The notes beneath the pieces are model-generated. The model had not been told where the DNA came from. It ran no database searches and worked only from the letters and a program-made list of their open reading frames with translations. DNA of 49,861 bases, filler included, from Bipalium vagum (Eukaryota), in NCBI GenBank assembly GCA_037834085.1. It is 3 parts of 3 records of this genome, joined end to end, with 100 filler letters (N's around TTAATTAATTAA, not from the genome) between each part and the next. Parts side by side here need not be neighbours in the genome. Positions count along the whole stretch, not along the records: positions 1 to 17,394 come from JBBMKC010068359.1; positions 17,495 to 32,974 come from JBBMKC010154405.1; 1 more part is not named here. The stretch is one strand, 5' to 3'. This document shows, one piece after another, positions 14,290 through 24,800 of the stretch; the stretch's first letter is position 1; each line of letters opens with the position of its first letter. The translations under genes and the position numbers were made by a program.

Positions 14290-15030
14290 CACATTCTAAA
14301 GAAAAAGATAATAAAATGTCGAGTGGATTCCTTTGCTCAAACCTTCTTTTATAACGATTTAACAAAATTCATTTCTTTTCCATTAAATTATTTTTGTTAA
14401 AAACCATTCACCCCTTACAATCCAATAATAGCCAGTCTTCCTTTATTATTTGGTTTTATACAAATAAATTCTCACATCTGAAAATGATCATCTATTCACT
14501 ATGGAACTGTGTTATTCGATATTGTTTTGTTTGTAGATTCTCCATTATTTTACAAATAATATTTTTTTATTTTTGAAATTCCACCCATAGTCGTTTCGTT
14601 CAAAGGACATTGGAAATAATGAAATTTATATTTTCAAATATGACTTCAGTTAGAAGAAATTATAAAAGCTTTAATTTGTCTCCGCTAATTAACCCATGAT
14701 TTTTGAAAAAAATCTTTTTCAGTAGATAAAATAATTATTCTTTGAATTCTCTGAACTATTTGACATTTTCTATTTCAAGATCTTTATCACCTTCTATTGA
14801 CATTTCTTTTTCGCAGCTATTAATTTCTCTTCCATGATGTTAACTGATCATCATTTCCTGTTGATTTCTCCAATAACCATTATTTGAAGAGCGGTAAATT
14901 ATTAGATAAAAATTATAATCTTCAAAAGATTGTTGTTTGATATAAAAGCCTCTTCGTGTATATACCTGTACGACTGATTTTACTGAATACCGGAAATAAG
15001 GAAGCCAAATTAAAAAAGGAAAAATATATT
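14290..15030 (-). mobile_element. Possible 3' fragment of an L1/Tx1-like non-LTR retrotransposon
   Basis: Broken minus-strand frames give NHGLISGDKL, HYFQCPL and LWVEFQK, resembling the zf-RVT / HLF..C..W tail of L1-type ORF2. Heavily decayed. Confidence 0.3.
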
Positions 15031-15699
15031 TCATAAATTAGGATTTTCTGTTAAATATTTGAGAAAATGTGAATTAAAACAAAATTTGATGTTAAACATG
15101 AATATTTATCAATATCAATGTGAGTATTTAGGCATATTTTAGAATTTAAAATTTTTATAAAGTGCTCAATATTTAAAAGTTTGTTTTAACATATTTTTTT
15201 AAAAAATCTGTGGCGAATTTTAAAATTGCGAACTAATTTAAAAACGTTTCCCGTTTTAAAATATTGTAGGAAAGGAACATTATATTGATTTATTGAATTT
15301 GTGAAATTTGTTGGTATTCTTATTAGTTTTATTTGTATTAATGAATCATAAAAGAATTATGTCTGAAATTGTTGAAATTGCAGCTAACAGCCAGTATAAT
15401 AATTTATCAAATTGTTAACGTAGGATTTGTCGATTTTTTTAAGTTTGTCAAACATCGACAACTAAATATTTATTATTTTACTTTACTAAATAAAAAAAAT
15501 TATTTATTTCAAATAAATCAGTCAGTTAAAATAATGATTTCCATAAATAAGTAGCAAAATAGATATCGCCTGGAAACTCTAAACTTTCTTATTACCACGA
15601 GCAAAGCAATAAAGAACCAGTTTTGATGACCGAACTTAAATATTATCAGTTACGGTTTTAGGAAACCGGTTCAATTGGATATTTTAATATTTTCAATAT

Positions 15700-15975
15700 T
15701 AATCAATTAAAGACTGCCATAAGATTGCTTGCAGTCAAACAATAGAAAAAAACATTGTTTTGCAAAGCATAACTCAATAGCACTTGAGACCTCTGACATC
15801 GAGCATATTCAGTAGAAACTCCTAGTGAAGAAATATTCCTTTATTAATAGAACATGAAAAAAGCCTTGGTGATTTAATCCTCCTGTATATGATTCCTCTT
15901 CGGTTGAAATATAAAAACTACCATTAAAATGGCAAAGTCATATTGATAGCGGGGACGAATATTTTTGAATAAATG
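15700..15975 (+). mobile_element. Mariner C-terminal fragment
   Basis: EI*KLPLKWQSHIDSGDEYF (~15906-15966) matches the mariner C-terminus GI.KL..RW..CI..G.YF. Confidence 0.5.
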
Positions 15976-16107
15976 GACTAAGTTTTTTCAGTCATATTAA
16001 ATAAAACTTTTATTAAAAATTGGACATTTCAATAGATAAGAAACAACATTATTATCATTAGTAATAATAATATAAAATATTAATTTTCAAAATAAGATAG
16101 ACTTTAA

Positions 16108-16344
16108 ATACTTGAGTGGGTATTGAGTTGCTTTCATACCAATCTTACAGTCCAGACCTGGGTCCATGAATTTTTGGCTTTTCAAAAATCTAAACAAAAA
16201 ATTTAAGAGGCGAAATAGTTACGACAGAAGAAGAATTGAATAATGCTGTTCATACCTTCTTTGATACAATTCCTTCTCAGTACTAGCACAGAGTCCATTG
16301 TAAATGAGTGAACTGGATAGATCGTTGTATACAGATTCAGGAAG

Positions 16345-16346
<2 letters not shown>
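16108..16346 (+). mobile_element. Mariner C-terminal fragment, same family as the copy at 25240-25760
   Basis: YSPDLGP..FWLFKNLNKNLRG...LNNAVHTFFDTIP. Shares the exact 33-mer ataatgctgttcataccttctttgatacaattc with the reverse complement of ~25359-25391. Confidence 0.85.
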
Positions 16347-16406
<60 letters not shown>

Positions 16407-16422
16407 TATTATTATTATTATT
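16347..16422. repeat. (TTA)n microsatellite
   Basis: About 25 units with one slip, read directly. Confidence 0.95.
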
Positions 16423-17309
16423 GTTATAAGAAGAATAATTAAAGCACGGGGATTTTTAATTTTAAAATGATATTTATATTCTATTTTATGTTTAGTATAA
16501 TAAAGTTATATATATATATATATAACTTTTTAATAAAATATTATTATATTATACCATTAAGTAAATATAAAAAAATGACAAATTCAGGAGTGCCAAAATA
16601 ATATTTTTTTCACGATTAATTAATTATATTTTGAATACCACGTGTAACGTAGTTTTATTTTAATTAAAAAAAATATTTAAATTTAATGAATTAAAAAATA
16701 AAAATAAATCAAAAGCTTAATCAGAATTCAATAATAGTAAAAAATGTGTATATATTAATAATATATAAAAATGAAACTATTTAAATCTCAAAAAAATTTT
16801 ATAAAATCCTCTCAGTGTCTTGATGAAAATAATAAGAAATTATATTAATTTTATTTTTGGGTGAAATCATAAGATAGGCGTATTTTCCTTTCCATTCCCA
16901 GTTAATGATTATACACTGTTATAAAGAATAATTAAAAATAAATATAAAATTAAAATTGTTCTATTGGAAATCTCTTTATTTTCTGAAGATTTTTCTTCAG
17001 ATTTCAGGATATCGCCAGCTATTGATAGTGAAAACTATCTCTTTTCTGCAGATAGAACATTTCATAATTGCTCTGTGATTATTAATCATTTCCTTTTATT
17101 TCAACGATTAATTTATAATTGCTAATATTAGGAATATTTTACTTCTGCAAGAAATCAGTATGAACTATTGAATCAATCAGAAATATTTTCTTATAAAATA
17201 TATTCCAATGTATTATATACTTGGAAAATATTATTAATTAATCTTACAGTTAAAACAAAAAAATATATTAACAACTTATTTTTTTGACTAAAAATCATTT
17301 TTAAAAACT

Positions 17310-17325
17310 AATAATAGTAATAATA

Positions 17326-17394
<69 letters not shown>
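17310..17394. repeat. (AAT)n microsatellite running into a contig junction
   Basis: Read directly; terminates at the N linker. Confidence 0.95.
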
Positions 17395-17494
17395 NNNNNN
17401 NNNNNNNNNNNNNNNNNNNNNNNNNNNNNNNNNNNNNNTTAATTAATTAANNNNNNNNNNNNNNNNNNNNNNNNNNNNNNNNNNNNNNNNNNNN
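17395..17494. other. Artificial assembly linker (44 N + TTAATTAATTAA + 44 N)
   Basis: Exactly 100 nt. The palindromic 12-mer has stops in all six frames, and an identical construct occurs at 32975-33074. Confidence 0.95.
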
Positions 17495-17562
17495 TTTTTG
17501 AATATTAAATAAATAGTTTTTAAATCCAAGTTGTTATGATTCAATTGAAAGAAGATTTAACT
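17495..17562 (+). repeat. 5' LTR (visible 68 bp; start lost in the linker)
   Basis: Aligns without gaps to 21148-21215 with 5 mismatches; ends TAACT. Confidence 0.9.
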
Positions 17563-17575
17563 GGCGATCACACCG
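17562..17575 (+). promoter_or_regulatory. Primer-binding site TGGCGATCACACCG, overlapping the last LTR base
   Basis: TGG start is complementary to tRNA CCA. It resembles tRNA-Arg-type PBS (TGGCGACC...); tRNA identity is inferred. Confidence 0.75.
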
Positions 17576-17599
17576 AAAATTTTAATGTCAACACAAGAC

Positions 17600-20500
17600 A
17601 ACAGGAAAAGTAGATGCTATTAAATGCTTTGTCAAAGAAGGCACAGAAACTGTTTTCGTTCAAAATCCGCAAATTCGTTGGATGAGGACCGAGGAGACTG
17701 TAAAATGGCTGAAGGAAATTGAAGAGTGGTTACACATCATGAACTTTGCTTGATCGTTGTTTTTGACCTGCTACTGACAGATGAAGCTGCTATTTCATGG
17801 AAACATTTTAAATTGGAAGATATGATAGTGACGGTGCTAAAAATGGCTCTTAGATACCTTTACCGTCAAGAGATTTTTCACAGACCTCATTATTGAGTTA
17901 GCAGAGGTAAAACAGAAAGAAGATGAGAGATTCGCAACCTTCGACATTAGAGTACGAGAACTACTGAACAGACTCGGGTTTGATTAGAGACGAAATGATC
18001 AATGATCTCTTAATAAAGAGAGCTAGAAGTGGGAGGTTTAAACAAGCAATATTTTCTAGGCTAAATATTGATACAACAGAAATCAGAAGTTTTGAACAAC
18101 ATGAGGAGTGTTGTCAAGTCGGAGCCTAGAAGGATCAATACAAGAGTGTCAATGAAGCATCTATAACAAATGAAAAGGTTTACCTGTACTGATAGAGATA
18201 CAGTTGACCAAAGGACAATGTTTCTGCTGTGGAGCCAATGATCATAGAAGATTCAAATGCCCACTGAAAGGAAGATATTTAATTTGCGGAAAACACGGAC
18301 ACCGGTTTCGAGATTGTCACCTATTAGAAAAGGACTCGTGAAGGCCGGTATTGTGTATAGATGAGGAAATGGAAGATTCAATTTCAGGCGGAGAAGATAA
18401 TTTGGAAACGGAAGGGGATGGAAAAAATTTGAACGATTCCATCGCTTACATTTCGTCGGTGGGATCAAAGCATTGGAGAATTTTCAAAATCGGAATGTGA
18501 ACAGCTGAGACCCGATGTTCCTGTCAGAAAATGGACGGCAATGGATCCTAGTGGCGGTATAAAGTTGAAAATGTTGTGGGACTCAGGAGCTTCAGTCACG
18601 GTGATGAAGAGTATTGAAAGAAAGTGAGTATACCGCAGTTGATGAAGAGCAACTTATTGTTGAGTGGAGTTTTTTCGGAAGGTAGCAAAAAACCTCTTGG
18701 TTCCTGTACAGTGAATGTCAGATAAAAAAATGTCGTAAAGAAATACAACCAGGTTTTGTAGGTGGTTTAAATTTGATGGGATTATTAGGAGTCGAATTCT
18801 GTGACATCGGCTGTATTGAGTTGGATTTAAAGAAAATTACTAATGAAGAGATGAAACAATGGATTAAACAACTCTGTGCAGAACAACCTTTGAAACGATT
18901 ACGAAATTTATTGATGATATGTGCACACATTTTTATGGAATCGACGTTTGACATCGGGCATTGTAGGATGGCGAAACATGAATAAGAGAGTGACAGCAGG
19001 TCCAAAATTGCAATACCCAAGGCGGCAACCTATGCATGTCGAATCAAAAATTGACGAAATGATAGTGTAATTCATGTCAGCTGGTGTTATTCGGAAATGC
19101 AAGAGTCTGTGGAACTCTCCACTGATGGTGGTATAAAAAGAAGACGAGTTGATTCGAATATGTGTGGATTTTAGACGGATTAACGCGAAGAATTTTCCTT
19201 CACAATGCCAGATATGCAGTTATGATTGGATTATTTGGCCAATTCGACGTGCTTCTCTTCTATAGATCTCGGACAAGCATACCTCCAGGTTGAGTAGTCA
19301 GAAAAATCATGGCTTTTAGCACAAAGCAAGGTCAATTTTTTTTTCAATAGACTTTTGTTTGGTTTCTTCACAGCTCCATCTAGGTTCCAGAAACTGATTC
19401 ACGAATTGCTGGATGGTCTCATTTAATGGAGTCGTTATGAATCTCGATGATATATTGATAGATGGGGTTTCTGAAAGCCAGTATGATCTAGTCTTAGAAG
19501 AGGTTTTAAGAAGAATTTCTGTACCAGAGCTAAAGGTAAATCCAGGAAAGTGTAAAATTAATCAAAAAGAAAGTATTTCTTAGACATACAGTGAGTAAAA
19601 TGGGAATTCGTAAAAATGAAAAGATTCAGGAGATTATGAAAAAGGAACCGCCGAAATGTGTCTCGAACCTGCGGTCATTTTTAGGCCTAACGAACTATTA
19701 TTGCTGTTTTATTGATAAATATGCAAAAATAGCAGAACCATTATATGTCGGGACTTTGGTCAAATGAATGCCAGTAAAGCTTTGAAAAGCTAAAAAAAGA
19801 TTATATAATGCCCCAATACTCGATTATCCTAGATAATACAGAACTTTCGTCCTTCAATGTCATCGGAGCTGTGCTGAGTCAATGGCAGGAAGATGAATCG
19901 AAAGCAGTAATCGCCTACGGCTCAAGGCATTTGTCACCACATGAAGTAGGTTACTGCGTGACCCGGAAGGAGTTGCTGGCGGTGTATGAATTCCTTTTCC
20001 ATTTTAAACAATATCTATATGGTAAGTTATTTGTAGTTATTTTGTAGTAGAAAATATTGTTGTACACTTTAAATGAAAATGGTTTTTTCGGGTGAGAGAT
20101 AATGTGAATGTTGTCGGTAATCTATTAGCTGTATGCAAGAAAACTAGGAATTCTATTCTAAGAGCTATATGACGGAATTTTTACATGCAATCCAAGGAAA
20201 ACTCTGATTATGGCAGCAAAAAATATATAATTATTTGAAGGACCATTATTTTTTGCCAGCAATGTGAAGCTCTATTAAAACGTGCCTGAAAAACCTGTCT
20301 GATCTGTGCAAAGAGAAAAATAGATCAAACACGCACAAAGAGGTTTTGATCCCGAAATGTAGTGAGCATTTTCTGGAGCAAATTGTGGTAAATAATTATT
20401 TTTTATGGAAAGGTCGAAAGCTAGAGTCAAATATGCCCTTGACATTATGGATCGTTTTAGTAAGCTGGTGAACTAGAGCACGTTGACTAAAATAGATGAT

Positions 20501-21110
20501 AGAACTATCTACAAAAAATATGAACAACTGAGTTTATAAATTTGCAAGGCCGGAGAGTATCCTGGCAGACAGATGACGCAATTTTTACAACGTTTGGCTA
20601 CAGCAGAAATGGAAAATTATGATTATCAAGCAGTAATTCAGTACTCCCTATAAGCATCAACCCAATAGTCTTGTGGAGAGGATAATAAGAACGATTCGAG
20701 ACATGATAACTACTTCAATAAAGAGTGGTTGTGAGGAACAGGACTGACACGAACTGTTACCGAGGATTGAGTTTAGCATTAATCCTACCCAGCAAAGCTC
20801 AACAAAATTCTCACTGTTTGAAATCCTCTACGGTAACAAAGTGAATATCCATTCGGTATTGGATGAGGTTATCGGGGTGGAAAGTAAATTACAAAGGAAG
20901 CGAAAGTAAATTTTGATACAACTGCAGACAAAATTGGTGAATTCGAAAAGACCAAAAGTGGACAACGAATTTACTCCATTGGAGATGCAGTAATGGTTAG
21001 GGTGGAACCACACAAAAGAAATAATAATTTTCAAAATGAAGTACCCTACGAAATTTTGGGTTACTTGTCTACTCATCAAATGGAACTAAAAGGTCCAGAA
21101 GAGATTTTCG
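17600..21110 (+). pseudogene. gag-pol pseudogene of the Gypsy element
   Basis: CCHC knuckles CFCCGANDHRRFKC (18219-18260) and CGKHGHRFRDC (~18285-18317). Protease MLWDSGASVTV (18571-18603). RT WNSPLMVV, RICVDFRRIN, FSSIDLGQAYLQV, NLDDIL (~19090-19460). RNase H IGAVLSQ...IAYGSRHL...TRKELLAV (ORF 19808-20047). Integrase IMDRFSK, STPYKHQPNSLVERIIRTIR, FSLFEILYG and a GPY/F-like VPYEIL (20440-21060). Many stops and frameshifts. Confidence 0.92.
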
Positions 21111-21129
21111 ATTTTTTGTCCGAAGGGCG

Positions 21130-21215
21130 AGTTAGACTAAAAATTTTTGTTTGAATATTAAATAAATAGTTTTGAAATGCAAATTTTTATGATTCAATTG
21201 AAAGAAGATTTAACT
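21130..21215 (+). repeat. 3' LTR, 86 bp, AGTTA...TAACT
   Basis: Preceded by purine-rich GAAGGGCG (21122-21129). Has a 5-bp terminal inverted repeat and an internal AATAAA at 21161. The start is inferred from the purine tract and inverted repeat. Confidence 0.8.
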
Positions 21216-21499
21216 ATTATTATTATAATTATTGTTTTTATTATTATTGTTTATTATTATTGCAACTTCTTGTTCTTCCTTCATGTTGTAAAGTACTTAA
21301 CCTTTAGCAAAACATTTCAATCCATGTATTTGATCAAAAAATTAAAAATATTAATAATTAAATTAATTAAAAAGGAATTAAATAGTTAATTCTTTATATT
21401 TATTATGTGGTTATATTATTATTATTATTATTTTATTTTCTTTAATATGAAACAGAAACTATTTAACTTAATTAAATATAATGGGTCTTTGTTTCATTC

Positions 21500-21871
21500 T
21501 TAAAATATGTTCAAGGTAAGATTTCCTTTTAAATTTCTTTTTAAAAAGTTTAATGTTACCAATTCTCTTTTGTTCATCTGTTCTTTAGCTGAAGAGAGGG
21601 TGAACTTTGACTGCAGACTAGATCTTCTGTCCTTTTTATAATCTTCCGACTGCTGGTCGTTATATTGTTTCGAGGTCTCAGAAACATTTTCCATATCGTG
21701 ATCATCGATTTTTACAGATTCAAAATCGTTTAATAATGAATTACTGTCATTTTCCCTTTGAATATTACTATTTTTATCTTTATATTTTTGTTCGCTCTGT
21801 TTAAATATCTCTTCCTGGTTCTTCTCATGGACCGCTTTTGCATAGTTTTTCTGCCGAATAATTTTTTCTTT
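21500..21871 (-). CDS. JHY: JHY-like terminal exon 8
   Basis: Acceptor ttgaag|, KEKIIRQKNYAKAVHEKN... to TAA at 21502-21500. Minus-strand AATAAA candidates at 21432-21437 and 21399-21404. Confidence 0.83.
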   Translation of the reverse strand, partial: KEKIIRQKNYAKAVHEKNQEEIFKQSEQKYKDKNSNIQRENDSNSLLNDFESVKIDDHDMENVSETSKQYNDQQSEDYKKDRRSSLQSKFTLSSAKEQMNKRELVTLNFLKRNLKGNLTLNIF

Positions 21872-24800
21872 CTTCAATAAAATGAATTTAATTTGCCAAT
21901 TAAAGAAAAGAATCAAAAATTAACAATTTGATTAAATGAATCTGATCCAATATTTGGTCCCAAGCCACCACCACGATCAATGTGCTTAAGATTTTGAAAG
22001 TCACGCAACGTATACTGTTCGTATGTTTTAGCTTTTTGGCGGAAATGTGCCGCATATCCCGAACTCTGAAATTCGTGTACAAAATAAAATATAAAATAAA
22101 AAAAACCTCGTGGAAATTCTTTAATTTAATTTAATTAATGAAAAGGAAAACACCGGTTATAATATTTCATAGACAAAATTTAATTTCTATTTTATTAATA
22201 ATACAAAGTTTCCCATTTACAGTGTTACGGTATACTTGTGATAAACAAATCCTGATATAATATTATGATTATATAAGTGTCATAAAAACGAATATCCTTT
22301 TAAATTTATTCTGCAGAGTCGTCCTAAGAGTTTATCCAGATCTTCAAGCTGGTTTCGAAGGAATGGTAGCTAGCACGAAAGATTATCCACAGTTTGAAAA
22401 ATGAAGCTTTGGTAGAACCCAAACTGGTGTTTCGAGTTGAGTTGACTTCAGACACACCCAAACACTAAAATCGAGAAAATTCAAATCAGGGATATATGAT
22501 GATCAATCAGAGACTGACATAAAATCAGGACAATTGATAAGTGACAGAACTTGCACAATCTTTGCCCAATAGGAAGGCTCACGTCCAGTTGTAAACATCA
22601 GTCTCTACTCTTGAAGTGCGTATGTGCAAAAGTCCTCACTTCTATCTCAGGAATAAATCCCAGGTATGACTTAGTATTGAGCTTTTCTCCATGAGATATC
22701 AAAATAGGATCAGTTTTTTATCCTTGTAAATTCCTCGCTAAACCATGATTGATTCTTCCTCTTGCGACAAACCTTCCTTTATCGCATACATCTTTGATGG
22801 AAATGGCATAGATTCTAATATTTGCTTATTAACATATTGAGACAAGCATCAAATTTTGTCGCCTGAGAAAAGACTCGGCTTTCCACTTATCAACTTGATA
22901 CATGAAAAAGTGAGTGCATTTAGCACGTCAACTTTACTTTTTGATATTGGTTAGATTATCAAAATTTCAACTTGAAGGCCTTCAATCCAAGGTCATTTTT
23001 CAGCACTAAGTGAATTTTCATTTTTTATTTTTGAAACATGAGAATTTTCTTAGACCTTCCTAAGTCAATCTGAAGTTGAGTGTAGAATTGATGAAATAAG
23101 AAGTTTTGTTTGGTATTATTCTTCTATGTTAGAATGAGAATTTGTTATCAAATCCCACTGATCTTCTAGGACAGATTTTATTTAACATCGAACCTTCGAC
23201 AACTAAGCTGGACACTGATCTTTGACTAACACATCTTTTCTGTTTTTCTTCTTAAAGAATCTTTCAGTAAATAAATAATGGCACATAAGTACAGTGTAAC
23301 TTTTTCTATTCATTTCAAATATACCACCCAAAAGAATATTTAAACAAAATATTAACAGTCGCATCATCACCCACAGTTGAAATTTCAAACTGGATTTTGA
23401 TTGGACAACTACTAAAAATATTTGATCCATCAAAATACCAGAAAACCGATTTCGCTTTCCGAACAACTGGCAAACTTTGCTTTCAGATATTTTGTTAAAA
23501 AATTTGAAAAGATTTATTTATAAAAAAAAGAATTCATTAAAAAAAGATAAAATTTTATAAAATACACAACGTACATTATTGAAAAGGTTTTTTGAAGATT
23601 CACTAGATTGGAGAATTGGAGGAAATCTGGATCCACCTCTTTCTGCTTGCACTTCATTCAACTTCTTATTCAGTAAGTTTTCATCATATAAAGTTGGTTG
23701 CCTTTTAAAAGGAGGATCTTTCAACATAAAATCTGAATCATGTGNNNNNNNNNNNNNNNNNNNNNNNNNNNNNNNNNNNNNNNNNNNNNNNNNNNNNNNN
23801 NNNNNNNNNNNNNNNNNNNNNNNNNNNNNNNNNNNNNNNNNNNNNNNNNNNNNNNNNNNNNNNNNNNNNNNNNNNNNNNNNNNNNNNNNNNNNNNNNNNN
23901 NNNNNNNTTTAATATTTATTATTATTTATTAATATTTATTATAATTTTTATTAGTGGTTTGTTAAAATATATAGAAACCTGTTGAGATATTCTGTGACTA
24001 TTGTTTGAAGAAGCGGATATGCTTTGAAAATCTTTCGTCATTTTATACGATTGATGAACATTATGTTGACTTGAGCTTTGAGAAGATGGTAATTGGGAAT
24101 TCAAACGTTTCGAGTTTTTATTTTCCGGATTCATAACAATCTGGTCACCATACTGGCTATGAGCAAATGTAAAGTGAGCTAAATTTTTTGAATGGATGAT
24201 ATCTTGGGAACCGTTAAGATCAGTACCAATGTTGAAATTTTGATTATGATTATTGTTATTATTATTATTGTTGTTGTTTTGATGATGCAGCAACTCGTGA
24301 TAATCATCCTTGGAATCAGAATGACTCTTCGATTTCTGAAATGTATTTAGTCTGGACTTATCCGCATTTTGTTGACAATGAAACTAAGAAACGAAAATTT
24401 AAGCCATAGATGATTTGTGATAGTGACCATATTACTTTTTCTTCAAAGTTGTTCTGACACTGTGTCAAATCTTTTAATGAAGAATTTGACGTTTTTGGAA
24501 CAACCGGCTTAGGACTCTCCTTCTTGTGACGATCAACAAATTTTGAAGAATACGTCGAATTATTGATTTGCTTATGTTGATTCAAAATGTTTTTATTTAA
24601 TTCAATAAAATTGGGGGCCTTCTCAACATTATTCGAGTTGGAAACCGGTTGCTTTATTAGTGGAGCTGTCAGTAAAGCCGGTTTTGTCTTCACGGTTTTC
24701 GACTGCGCTGATCCTAATTTACAGAAAATTTCAAAATAAAAACAAATTGAAAAAGATAATTTAATTAATAGATGTTTGGAAAAGTATAAAATGATAATAA

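Larger units (their letters stand above)
17495..21215 (+). mobile_element. Decayed Ty3/Gypsy LTR retrotransposon (~3.7 kb, no env)
   Basis: Direct terminal repeats (63/68 identical over the visible overlap), PBS, purine tract, and domain order gag-PR-RT-RH-INT, which is Gypsy-type. Confidence 0.93.

Noticed and set aside
16502-16529. Perfect 28-bp palindrome AAAGTT(AT)8AACTTT
   Set aside because: Mostly an (AT)n microsatellite; the short extra arms are plausible by chance in AT-rich DNA.
16940-17170. Possible hAT dimerisation-domain fragment (SAEKR*FS..AGDIL) on the minus strand
   Set aside because: A single short degenerate motif is insufficient.
22540-22580. LPIGQRLCKFCH, an apparent zinc-finger motif
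   Set aside because: It is an off-frame reading of the maT catalytic region (AKIVQV...CPDF).
23318-23480. Open frame QSLPVVRKAK...FGWYI* after an AAG in JHY intron 6, as an alternative exon
   Set aside because: It ends in a stop before the conserved JHY block, has a weak acceptor and lies at the edge of a transposon remnant.
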